From: Candidatus Bathyarchaeia archaeon
Lineage (GTDB): Archaea; Thermoproteota; Bathyarchaeia; Bathyarchaeales; Bathycorpusculaceae
Reading direction: 5' to 3'
NCBI GenBank assembly: GCA_038883655.1
Contig: JAVZLQ010000003.1
Span: 183,099 to 247,098 of the forward strand
Length of the DNA: 64,000 bases
In this document: piece by piece, positions 45,781-54,540 of the stretch
Layout of the letters: the number at the start of each line of letters is the position of its first letter
Position numbering within the stretch: the stretch's first letter is position 1
The notes under the pieces: model-generated
What the model was told of the DNA's origin: nothing
The model's input: only the letters and a program-made list of their open reading frames with translations
The model's database searches: none
Program-made: the position numbers and the translations under genes

Positions 45781-46224
45781 ATGGCTGAAAGGAGAAGACG
45801 TTCAATCTTTGATTTGATTGACGAATACTTTGAGAACTTAGAAGAATCCGTTAGACGTTTAAGAGAAGCCCTAATGGAAAAGCCAAGCTGGGACAGAAAA
45901 GCCTGCACAATAGAGCCGCTCCGCGACATTTCCGTGACGCCAACAGATGTCATCGTAACTGTTGATTTGCCATATACGGAAGAGAATACCATTCGCGTTA
46001 AACCATTAGGTAAGAACGCTATTGAAATATCGGCAAAAATGCGGCGGAAAGTAAGTTTTGACGATTTCGGCATAACCCATTATAAAGGTGAGTTTCAAAC
46101 ATTCCATTGTCAAACACGAATTCCAGTACCAGTTTACATGGATAAAATGGAAATACGTTTTAAGAAGGGCATACTTGAAATACGCTTGCCGCGTAAACAT
46201 GAATACGAAATTCCAATAGAATAA
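45781..46224 (+). CDS. hsp20: Small heat-shock protein (Hsp20/alpha-crystallin family)
   Basis: Alpha-crystallin-like strands DVIVTVDLPYTEENTIRVKP...FQTFHCQTRIPVPV...KKGILEIRLPRK. ATG 45781 follows GGTGG. Confidence 0.75.
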   Translation: MAERRRRSIFDLIDEYFENLEESVRRLREALMEKPSWDRKACTIEPLRDISVTPTDVIVTVDLPYTEENTIRVKPLGKNAIEISAKMRRKVSFDDFGITHYKGEFQTFHCQTRIPVPVYMDKMEIRFKKGILEIRLPRKHEYEIPIE

Positions 46225-46235
46225 ACCAGTAACAA

Positions 46236-46288
46236 GCCTCAGGAGCTCATTTCGTCACAAATCAGACGGCTCTTCTCGCATCATCGGC
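46236..46288 (-). ncRNA. Candidate C/D-box sRNA
   Basis: The minus strand reads GAGCC-G-AUGAUGC(C)-GAGAAGAGCCGU(12 nt)-CUGA(D')-UUU-GUGACGA(C')-AAUGAGCUC(9 nt)-CUGA(D)-GGCUU. The terminal 5-bp stem is GAGCC/GGCUU. TTATTTTA lies ~26 nt upstream. Weak points are one deviation in each of C and C', and a short second guide. Confidence 0.4.
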
Positions 46289-46382
46289 TCCAAAAGAAGC
46301 TTACGTAAACCTCTAAAATAAGCTTAATGGAAAGTTTTAACAATAAAAACAAACAAATCTAAAAGGGCAAAGAGGAAAAACT

Positions 46383-46583
46383 TTGACAACAGAGAAGGCC
46401 ATTCACTTTTCGATGTTCCTCCTGTTACTTGTTGGTTTGTGTGGAATTAGCGCATGGGCAAGCCACACATACCTAAGCAACAACTTGATATTGGAGGTCG
46501 CGGGCATCGCATTAAGTTGGGGGATAATCCTCCTAATCCTATATTTGGGCTTCAAAAAGCTTGATTGGAGCTGGTGGAGCTAG
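46383..46583 (+). CDS. Small two-TM membrane protein (hypothetical)
   Basis: A TTG start lies 7 nt after GAGGA. Two hydrophobic helices: FSMFLLLLVGLCGISAWA and VAGIALSWGIILLILYLGF. No family recognised. Confidence 0.3.
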   Translation: MTTEKAIHFSMFLLLLVGLCGISAWASHTYLSNNLILEVAGIALSWGIILLILYLGFKKLDWSWWS

Positions 46584-46602
46584 AACTAAGCGTCACCCCA
46601 CG

Positions 46603-47025
46603 CTACTTTGTTCTTACAATTTTAATTTTGCCAAGTATCCGCCAAAATTCCACTTCAACACCGGGAGCGATTTTCGCTTTCAAATCCTCCTCTTCGGGGT
46701 AGGGCGCATCTAAATACTCGTAAGTTTCTAAATCCATAATTTGGACACTTGAAGGTGTAACAGCAAAAACTTGTCCGCTTCTTTTTTCGATTATTGGCAC
46801 CTCAGCGTTTGCGTCAACTGGTTTAACCACACTTCTTTTGACGCCGTCAAAAATTCCAACAGCAACTATTCGCGCCTTAGCTGATCCATGTTTTCCAGGC
46901 TTTGATTTTGTTATGTCTACTATGCGGCAGGGCTCACCGTCAACTATTAGGTATCCACCAACTCTAAGGCTTCCAACATCAACAGGTTTACTCATTCGCT
47001 CACCAACACTGCTTTTATCTTCCAT
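46603..47025 (-). CDS. eif5a: Translation initiation factor 5A (aIF5A)
   Basis: Hypusine loop SKPGKHGSAKARIV. 140 aa. Confidence 0.92.
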   Translation of the reverse strand: MEDKSSVGERMSKPVDVGSLRVGGYLIVDGEPCRIVDITKSKPGKHGSAKARIVAVGIFDGVKRSVVKPVDANAEVPIIEKRSGQVFAVTPSSVQIMDLETYEYLDAPYPEEEDLKAKIAPGVEVEFWRILGKIKIVRTK

Positions 47026-47092
47026 CTACAGCATTTTAAACAACATCCATATATAGATTAAGGTGCCGCTTAATAATAAAAGGTGAACCTAT

Positions 47093-47929
47093 TTGCTGAA
47101 AAGCGTAGGATTAGTAGCTAGATTCGACAAGAAAAGAGCCTTAAGGCTTGCAGAAGACTTAGCTGAATATCTTGCAAAAAGGGATGTAGAGGTGCAAGTG
47201 GAAGACAGCCTCGCGGAGAAAGTTAGCATTAAAGGAAAGACGGTACCTCTAGAAGGAATGAAGGCTGACCTCATAGTTACAATAGGCGGAGACGGAACAA
47301 TTCTAAGAACGTGTGTCGCAATTCCAAAGCCAGAACCACCTATACTAGCGATAAACATGGGCGTGAGAGGTTTCCTAACAGAAGTTGAACCAAAACAAGC
47401 ATTTAACGCCATAGACAAATGCCTAAAAGGAGAATTTACAATTGAAAAATGCATGAAGTTGTCGATAACCGCAAATGGCGAAAAATTTCCAGAAGCACTA
47501 AACGAGGTTCTGGTATCAGCAGATGAACCAGCAAAACTTCTCTACGCAGAAATTCTCAAAGACGAAAAACCAGTGCTCAACATCCAAGCCGACGGCGTAA
47601 TGATCGCAACACAAACTGGTTCCACGGGATATTCTCTATCCGCTGGGGGGCCCGTTTTAGATCCAGATTTGGATGCTTTTGTTTTAACGCCGGTTTGTCC
47701 TTTAAGCATATTTCACCCGATTGTTTTCCCTGCTAACTCAAGCCTTACGGTTAATGTTGTTAGACCCAAAAAGACGCTTGTCGTTGTGGATGGACATTAT
47801 CGTAGAACGTTAAGTGGTGGAGTTATAAGCATAAGGGTAACGCGTTCCAGTAATGAGACCCGTTTTGTGAGATTTAGGGAAGACTTTTACCACCGCCTAA
47901 AAAGCAGGTTGCTTTTCAAGGGAAGCTAA
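47093..47929 (+). CDS. ppnK: NAD kinase
   Basis: TIGGDGTILR, NMGVRGFL and TGSTGYSLSAGGP. The TTG start lies 8 nt after AGGTGA. Confidence 0.88.
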   Translation: MLKSVGLVARFDKKRALRLAEDLAEYLAKRDVEVQVEDSLAEKVSIKGKTVPLEGMKADLIVTIGGDGTILRTCVAIPKPEPPILAINMGVRGFLTEVEPKQAFNAIDKCLKGEFTIEKCMKLSITANGEKFPEALNEVLVSADEPAKLLYAEILKDEKPVLNIQADGVMIATQTGSTGYSLSAGGPVLDPDLDAFVLTPVCPLSIFHPIVFPANSSLTVNVVRPKKTLVVVDGHYRRTLSGGVISIRVTRSSNETRFVRFREDFYHRLKSRLLFKGS

Positions 47930-48471
47930 TGAAAAGCCAAGTTGAAGCTAAACGCGTCATAGTTTTGGACACATCTGCTTTCGCGGTTGGTTTTGACCCT
48001 TTTTCAGTGAACGAAATGCAGTACACTGTACCATTAGTGAGAGAAGAGGTGAAAGGGAACGCGTTTGCGAAGGTTAGGTTGAAAACAGCAATAGAACAAG
48101 GAAAGGTTGTAGTGAAGAAACCTGAAAAACCATTTTTGGATGCGGTGAGTGCTTCCGCCACCGCCATTGGCGATAAGGTTTTACTTTCAGAAACGGACTT
48201 GCAAGTTTTGGCTTTAGCCCTTCAACTAAAAAGCGAAGGCTATAATCCGGTAATCGCCTCAGACGATTATTCCATACAGAATGTGGCAAATCGCATGGAA
48301 ATAGCGTTCACTTCATTAGCAACTTTTGGCATACGCTTTCAACTGGAGTGGGTAAGATATTGCCCAGCATGTTACAGAAAATACCAAGCAGATTATAAAC
48401 TCAAAAGATGCGCAGTGTGCGGAACAGAATTGAAAAGAAAGCCTTTAAGGAAGAGGTATCTTAAACCATAA
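47929..48471 (+). CDS. nob1: Nob1-like endonuclease (PIN domain + Zn ribbon)
   Basis: VLDTSAF, ASDDYSIQNVA and a C-terminal CPACYRKY...CAVCG. Confidence 0.75.
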   Translation: MKSQVEAKRVIVLDTSAFAVGFDPFSVNEMQYTVPLVREEVKGNAFAKVRLKTAIEQGKVVVKKPEKPFLDAVSASATAIGDKVLLSETDLQVLALALQLKSEGYNPVIASDDYSIQNVANRMEIAFTSLATFGIRFQLEWVRYCPACYRKYQADYKLKRCAVCGTELKRKPLRKRYLKP

Positions 48472-48487
48472 AAGTTAACGATTTGCT

Positions 48488-49075
48488 GTGGAATTAAAAA
48501 TGGCCTATGTTGAAAAGAAAACACTTTACTTCAAAGAGGCAGGGGCAAAAAACACAGATGCTTTGCTGGAATTTGTTAAAGCGTATGTGAAGCGGGAAGA
48601 CATAAAGGACATAGTTGTAGCCTCAACAACAGGTGAAACTGGAGCGAGAGCAGCCAAAATCTTCAAGGGATACAATCTAGTTGTGGTTACGCATCATTTT
48701 GGTTTCCGAGAACCAGGAAAAACAGAACTACAAGAGGAATTCGAAAGGGAAATAACAGCTAACGGTGCAAAGATTTTCACAGGCATTCATGCGCTAAGCG
48801 GTGTGGAACGCGCAATACGTAGGGATTTTGGAACACTTGCACCCTTAGAGCTCATCGCCAACGTGCTTAGGCTAATGGGGGAGGGAACGAAAGTTTGTGT
48901 GGAAATAACATTAATGGCAGCAGATGCTGGCTTAATACCCGTTGACAGAGACATCGTTGCAATCGCTGGAACTGGCAAAGGCGTAGACACCGCATTACGC
49001 ATAAAACCAGCTAATACGGCAAGGTTCTTTGATTTAAAAATTAGGGAGGTAATAGCAAAACCACAAAATTTTTGA
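48488..49075 (+). CDS. Pyruvate kinase C-terminal (alpha/beta) domain-like protein
   Basis: VVASTTGETGARAAKIF...VVVTHHFGF resembles the stand-alone archaeal PK_C-like proteins. The start is either GTG 48488 or ATG 48500. Confidence 0.4.
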   Translation: MELKMAYVEKKTLYFKEAGAKNTDALLEFVKAYVKREDIKDIVVASTTGETGARAAKIFKGYNLVVVTHHFGFREPGKTELQEEFEREITANGAKIFTGIHALSGVERAIRRDFGTLAPLELIANVLRLMGEGTKVCVEITLMAADAGLIPVDRDIVAIAGTGKGVDTALRIKPANTARFFDLKIREVIAKPQNF

Positions 49076-49161
49076 ATTCATATATGAAAAACGCATTTGC
49101 TCATAATTTTTGTTTATTAGCAACACAATAATAAAAGTCGGAAATACATTGAGAGGACAAC

Positions 49162-50466
49162 GTGCCAATGAATCTTGGAGAGAGAATTAAGGAAGAGTTT
49201 TCCTTTGTTAAGGGAAACTATCTAATATTAATAATAAGTTGGATTTTGATGGATTTTGCTTCAGAGCTGCCTGGCACGTATTACTCGGACTACGTAATTC
49301 AGCTTGGAGGAAGCCCAACGGTTCTAGGTTTAATAACGTTCGCTTCCTTTCTAACATTAGCAGTCGTCCAGTTTCCGGGCGGATATTTCGCAGATAAGTA
49401 TGGAAGACGCAAGCTGATATCGACCTTAACCTTTGGAGTTGCACTTTCCTTTGTCTTTTACGCCGTTGCACCTAGTTGGCATTTTATTTTAGTTGGGGCG
49501 GTTATAGCGAACCTATGCCTACTCTATCAGCCCGCTTTAAACGCAATGATGGCTGATTCCGTCCCAAGAGAAAAGCGAGGAATAGGATTCGCCATTCTAA
49601 ATTTGATAATGAGCGTTTCAACTACTCCTGCTCCAGCAGTGGCTTTAGCCCTGGTGGCTAATTTTGGTTCGATTATGGGGATGCGCGTAGCTTACACCAC
49701 AGTTACTGTTTTTTATTTGGCAGCTGCAATTGTGCGTTTAAAGTTAAGGGAAAGTTTAGCAGACGCTGAAAAAATGGATGTAAAAGAAGCTTTACGTTCT
49801 TACCCAACGGCATTAAGAGAAGGAATAAAAGTCTGGCAAAAAGTGCCAAAATCAATGTTGTTTTTATTTTTATCCGAATTGATTATACGGTTATCTTCTG
49901 CAATGACCCAGACGCTATTTCTGGTTTACACTTTTAACGTTCTCCAAATAGGAGGAACACCACACCCAGAATTGTATCCTCCAGCTTCAGACCCGGCACT
50001 TCAACTGGCACGCATAAGATGGGGTTATGTAATGATAACCTTGTTCATTTGCATGATCATTCTTGCCTTTCCCTCCGGAAAACTTCTCGACAAAGTTGGA
50101 CGCAAAAAACCATTGATTCTATCACATGTTCTAAGCATTCCAGCAATTCTACTCTTTATCTTTGGAAACTATTACACTATTTTCATTGCCATGCCACTCG
50201 TTGGATTTAGCATGCTTCTCGGCTTTTCATCTTACCAAAGTCTCTTCGCCGATCTCGTACCTCAGGCACAGCGTGGAAAGATAACTGGTTCTATGAATTT
50301 TTTCTCTTATATATGTATGGCATTAGGCGGAGCAATAGGCGGACTACTGTATGACTCCATCTCTCCAATGCTTCCATTTATATTGATGGCAATTCTTGCT
50401 ATTCCATCCACAGCCTTAATTATATTTCGTGTACGCGAACCTAAACCGGAGGAAAGAGAAGTTTAA
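49162..50466 (+). CDS. MFS transporter
   Basis: About 12 TM segments. Loop 2-3 motif GGYFADKYGRRK and a second-half counterpart GKLLDKVGRKK. Confidence 0.8.
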   Translation: MPMNLGERIKEEFSFVKGNYLILIISWILMDFASELPGTYYSDYVIQLGGSPTVLGLITFASFLTLAVVQFPGGYFADKYGRRKLISTLTFGVALSFVFYAVAPSWHFILVGAVIANLCLLYQPALNAMMADSVPREKRGIGFAILNLIMSVSTTPAPAVALALVANFGSIMGMRVAYTTVTVFYLAAAIVRLKLRESLADAEKMDVKEALRSYPTALREGIKVWQKVPKSMLFLFLSELIIRLSSAMTQTLFLVYTFNVLQIGGTPHPELYPPASDPALQLARIRWGYVMITLFICMIILAFPSGKLLDKVGRKKPLILSHVLSIPAILLFIFGNYYTIFIAMPLVGFSMLLGFSSYQSLFADLVPQAQRGKITGSMNFFSYICMALGGAIGGLLYDSISPMLPFILMAILAIPSTALIIFRVREPKPEEREV

Positions 50467-50501
50467 TTTTATTCTTGTATAAATCAGTGAACGTGAGAAA
50501 A

Positions 50502-51274
50502 ATGAAGGTTGATGAGAAACAAATTCAAAATATGGTAAAGGAATGGTTTGCAAGGATGGCGCGCCAAGAGTGGCGCCGTTTACAGGGATCCATATCATCA
50601 AATAGAGTTTAATGTTACCATGCATCTCCTTAAGAAATATCTGCCCAAAGAAGGTTTAGTGTTAGATGCTGGCGGAGGCCCCGGCAGATACACAATCGAA
50701 CTAGCAAAACAAGGATAATAGTGTATTTTTATTAGATATTGTTCTAGAGATGCTTAAACTCGCTAAAGGACATGTGAAAAGGACAGGAGTGCAGGATAGG
50801 GTTAAAACAGTTCGTTGATGGTTCTGTTGATGACTTATCCATGTTTGATGATGAAACTTTTGATGCTGTTCTTTGTTTGGGAGCTTTGGGGCATATACTA
50901 ACGCAAAGAGAAGGGAAAAGGCATCCATGGAACTTATCGTGTTGCAAAAAGTGGCGCACCAATCTTTGTTTCCGTCATTAGCCGCATCGGATTACTCAAA
51001 TCTATACTCATAAAATTTCCACATGAAATGCAATGTGCAGAACATCACTGGGAAGTCGGCGACTACGTTCCTGGATGCAAGAAAAGGCTTTACCGTCGCG
51101 CACTGACTTTTACAGAGGAGTTATGTGATCTCCATATCATGAAAAAGAAACTAATAGGCTTTTTAAGGATCAAGAAAATGGAAAATTGGATGGACATTTT
51201 GCTTAAACTTGTACTCATCCATCAGTTGTTGGAAGCTCCGAACATTTTCTATTAGTGTGCAGAAAAAGTCTTAA
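50502..51274 (+). pseudogene. Decayed class I SAM-dependent methyltransferase
   Basis: Family-typical segments are scattered over all three frames and separated by stops. They are MKVDEKQIQNMVKEWFARMARQEW / DPYHQIEFNVTMHLLKKYLPKEGLVLDAGGGPGRYTIELAKQG** / SVFLLDIVLEMLKLAKGHVKRTGVQDRVKTVR* / GSVDDLSMFDDETFDAVLCLGALGHIL / RVAKSGAPIFVSVISRIGLL...GDYVPG / GFTVAH*. Confidence 0.7.
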
Positions 51275-51699
51275 ACTTCTTCGCTTTCTCTTTTGCTAAA
51301 ATATATTATGTCACGATGCTCCACATAGCCAAGTTTCTTGAAAAGCCTTTTCGACGCAATATTGTAATCTTCAATCAAAGCGCAGATAATTTTGATTCCA
51401 CGTTTCCGAAGCACCTTCTCAGATTCAACAATTAAAACCTGCGCAATACCACGAAATCTATACTCTGGGTCGACGGCTAAACGATTTATCCAACCCTTCC
51501 TTAAATCACAGCTTATTATGACTACGCCAACCAGTTTGTCACCTTCATAGGCCCCTAAGAAAAAATTAGGGTTAGCTTTCATCTGTGCGGCAATCGCTTC
51601 CTTGCTGTCTCTTCCTTTTGGCTTGTATGGTAGTTTTGCCCTTGACCAGAGTTTTACTATTTCCTCATAATCCTTTATTGTAAGCCTTCGGATTTCCAT
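51271..51699 (-). CDS. GNAT-family N-acetyltransferase
   Basis: Acetyl-CoA motif A RLAVDPEYRFRGIAQVLI. 142 aa. Confidence 0.8.
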   Translation of the reverse strand: MEIRRLTIKDYEEIVKLWSRAKLPYKPKGRDSKEAIAAQMKANPNFFLGAYEGDKLVGVVIISCDLRKGWINRLAVDPEYRFRGIAQVLIVESEKVLRKRGIKIICALIEDYNIASKRLFKKLGYVEHRDIIYFSKRESEEV

Positions 51700-51711
51700 G
51701 TACGCACAACT

Positions 51712-53049
51712 TTACCCTTCTTTCTCTACCTCTTTGACATTGTCTTCTATTATGTCCATTGCCGCGTCAACAAGTTCCCTTGTAATGTTTAGTGGAGGAG
51801 CCACCCTAATCGTAGAAACTCCGCATGTGATTACTGCAACTCCGCGTTTCCATGAACGCATCATAATTTCAGAGGCTTTCTTTGAAGATGGCTTTTTGTT
51901 CTCCTTGCTTTCCACAATTTCCATGCCTATCATTAAGCCCTTCCCTCTAACATCGCCAACAATCTCGCTTCTTTCTTTGAGCTCCTCAAGCCTCTTCGTT
52001 ATATATGCGCCTTGTTTTGTTGCATTTTCCAAAAGTTTCTCTTCCTTAATCACGTCGATAACGGCGCTAGCTGCAACACACGATAACGGATTGCCGCCGA
52101 AAGTACTTGCATGGGAACCACCAACCCAATCCATTATTTTTTCCTTTGCAATTGTCGCACCCAAAGGCAGTCCGGAAGCCAATGCCTTCGCGCTGCACAA
52201 AATGTCAGGTTCGACGTTCCAGTGTTCGATTGCGAACCATTTGCCAGTTCTACCCATGCCAGATTGAACTTCATCATCAATTAGTAAAATGCCATACTTG
52301 TCCGCGAGCTTCTTTAATCGCTGGAAGTATTCTGGTGGTGGAACAACGTACCCGCCTTCACCTTGAATCGGCTCAAACATTATCGCTGCAACTTCTTCTG
52401 GCGGCACATACTTTTGTAGAACAAGTTCATCTATGAAATCCACACACCAGTAATGACATTCTGGATGCGATAACTTGAAGGGACAACGGTAACAGTATGG
52501 ATAGGGTACATGAGTCACGCCCGGTACCATTGGAAAGAAATAGCGTCTCTGTGGAAGTTTGCTGGCGGTGAAGGATAAAGCGCCCATGGTGCGCCCATGA
52601 AACGCGCCAATAAAACCTATGAACAGTGGTTTGCGCGTATGCCATTTCGCAAGTTTAATAGCCGCTTCAATTGCCTCTGTTCCACTATTTCCAAAAAAGA
52701 TTTTTTTGTTAAAGTTGCCAGGCGTGATGCTGGCAAGTTTTTCTGCTAGATCTACGACTTCGCTGTAATAAAAGTCTGTGTTTGAATAGTGTAAAAATCG
52801 GTCACATTGGTTTTTGATTGCTGAAATCACTTTAGGATGATTATGTCCAACATTGAGGCAAGCAAGTCCAGAGTTGAAGTCTATGTATTCGTTTCCATCA
52901 ACATCTCTTACCGTGCATCCCTTTCCAGATTCAACCACAAGCGGGTAAAACCGCACATAAGAAGGCGAAATGAAACGCTCGTCCCTTTTCAATAGTTCTC
53001 TTGCTTTTGGTCCCGGTGGTGTAACAACAATTTTTGGATACGAGTTCAT
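51712..53049 (-). CDS. Class III PLP aminotransferase (4-aminobutyrate/ornithine-type)
   Basis: GNSGTEAIEAAIKLA, LLIDDEVQSGMGRTG and SAKALASGLPLGA (PLP lysine in SAK). 445 aa. Confidence 0.88.
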   Translation of the reverse strand: MNSYPKIVVTPPGPKARELLKRDERFISPSYVRFYPLVVESGKGCTVRDVDGNEYIDFNSGLACLNVGHNHPKVISAIKNQCDRFLHYSNTDFYYSEVVDLAEKLASITPGNFNKKIFFGNSGTEAIEAAIKLAKWHTRKPLFIGFIGAFHGRTMGALSFTASKLPQRRYFFPMVPGVTHVPYPYCYRCPFKLSHPECHYWCVDFIDELVLQKYVPPEEVAAIMFEPIQGEGGYVVPPPEYFQRLKKLADKYGILLIDDEVQSGMGRTGKWFAIEHWNVEPDILCSAKALASGLPLGATIAKEKIMDWVGGSHASTFGGNPLSCVAASAVIDVIKEEKLLENATKQGAYITKRLEELKERSEIVGDVRGKGLMIGMEIVESKENKKPSSKKASEIMMRSWKRGVAVITCGVSTIRVAPPLNITRELVDAAMDIIEDNVKEVEKEG

Positions 53050-53201
53050 CTCAATTCCTCGCGGGATTCACTACTAGAAAATTAGCTTTTATATATAATT
53101 ACCTATAAAGTTTCAGCAAAAGGCATAATGAAATTTAAAGAAATGGATTATACACTAACCAATGTTTGCTAGTAATTGCTAAAGTCTTTATCGTTACACT
53201 T

Positions 53202-53537
53202 TTATGGTCTGGCTACGGTAATCTCGATCGCTGATACGTTTGCCTTTTGTCCTTCGGCTCTAGTTACTTCTTCGGTTGTTATATTAATGCCTTGAAGCTG
53301 TAAGTCTTTAACGAATGCTCTCCTCAGCAGCTCTACAGTGTCGACAGCTCGGCTGATTGCACGTCCCCTGGCTTTGACTGTTAGTTTTTTGGCGCCAGAG
53401 TTGAAGAAAGTGAGACAGGCAACTACATAGTTCATTATTGGTTTTTTGCCGATTAACACGACGTTTTCGTTTGTCTGTACAGCCTTTGTGTTTTTTGCTT
53501 TTTCTGTAGTTTGCTTCTTCTGTTTCTCTTCCGCCAT
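53202..53537 (-). CDS. albA: DNA/RNA-binding protein Alba with a Lys-rich N-terminal tail
   Basis: NVVLIGKKPIMNYVVACLTFFNSGAKKLTVKARGRAISRAVDTVELLR core, preceded by MAEEKQKKQTTEKAKNTKAVQTNE. Confidence 0.88.
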   Translation of the reverse strand: MAEEKQKKQTTEKAKNTKAVQTNENVVLIGKKPIMNYVVACLTFFNSGAKKLTVKARGRAISRAVDTVELLRRAFVKDLQLQGINITTEEVTRAEGQKANVSAIEITVARP

Positions 53538-53607
53538 TTTACATCATCCTTCCTTCTGCGTTGACGATGTTTTGCGATGGTGGATTATATCATAAACACG
53601 GAGACTC

Positions 53608-54534
53608 TTATATTTTTCCGTATGGTGTAGAATCAGACGTACTGTTTGCCACCATTTTACGGTAGTACTCCCAGTCTTCATCAACCCACTTCTGGATTCT
53701 CTCAATATCCTCTTCCTTCAAATTGCGAAATCTGCCCTGTAAGGCAAGGTATTCTTTTACTGGTTTACGCTTAGATTTGTCAAGCAGCCTATCACTTGGA
53801 GGATTAAGTTTAAAACTTCCATACTCGATTTCAAATAGTGCCCACATTCCCGTGAGAACGGCAAGCCTTCCCATTTCAACAGTTTTGCTTGAATCATAGC
53901 GCCAACCAGTAGGACATGGCGCAAGTATGTGAATGTATTTTGTACCTTTAATTTCCTTTGCCTTTCTGAGCTTATTAATAAGGTCTAGCGGGTAAGAAGG
54001 ACATGCCGTCGCAACATAAGGTATCCTGTGGGCAGCCATAATTAACGCCATATCCTTTTTCCGTTCCCTCTTTCCAGAAGGCGTGGTTGTTGTCCAAGCG
54101 CCATAAGGGGTTGCTCCACTACGTTGCATCCCGGTGTTACCATAGGCTTCATTATCATAGCATATGTAAATGAAGTTTGTTTCTCTTTCCGCCGCGCCAG
54201 ATAACGCTTGAATTCCAATATCGACGGTCCCACCATCTCCGGCCCAACCAACAACAGTAATGTCTTCGAGCTTTCTTTGCCGTAGAGCCGCAATTATCCC
54301 AGAGGCTGCAGCAGCCGTAGACTCGAACAGTATGTTTTGTAAAGGAACATTAATGGATGTATATGGATATGGTCCTTGAATAACTGTCGTGCAGCACGCT
54401 GGAACAACTAGGATAACTTTGTTCCCAAGCGCCTTGAAAAGTAGCCGAAGCGAAATTGACGGGCCACATCCTGCACAAGCTGCATGCCCCTTAAGCAAGT
54501 ATTCTTCTTTTGAGAGCTCTTTTATTGTGACCAC
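53608..54534 (-). CDS. porB: 2-oxoacid (pyruvate/2-ketoisovalerate):ferredoxin oxidoreductase beta subunit
   Basis: TPP-binding GDGGTVDIG...YDNEAYGNTG. N-terminal CAGCG. Confidence 0.88.
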   Translation of the reverse strand: MVTIKELSKEEYLLKGHAACAGCGPSISLRLLFKALGNKVILVVPACCTTVIQGPYPYTSINVPLQNILFESTAAAASGIIAALRQRKLEDITVVGWAGDGGTVDIGIQALSGAAERETNFIYICYDNEAYGNTGMQRSGATPYGAWTTTTPSGKRERKKDMALIMAAHRIPYVATACPSYPLDLINKLRKAKEIKGTKYIHILAPCPTGWRYDSSKTVEMGRLAVLTGMWALFEIEYGSFKLNPPSDRLLDKSKRKPVKEYLALQGRFRNLKEEDIERIQKWVDEDWEYYRKMVANSTSDSTPYGKI

Positions 54535-54540
54535 CGTTTT

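Noticed and set aside
51271-53049. Class III aminotransferase followed by a GNAT, considered as an EctB-EctA-like ectoine (or N-acetyl-diaminobutyrate) pathway.
   Set aside because: There is no EctC or EctD-like cupin gene nearby. The aminotransferase motifs are generic for the GabT/ArgD group, and the downstream neighbour is a decayed methyltransferase. The evidence is insufficient.
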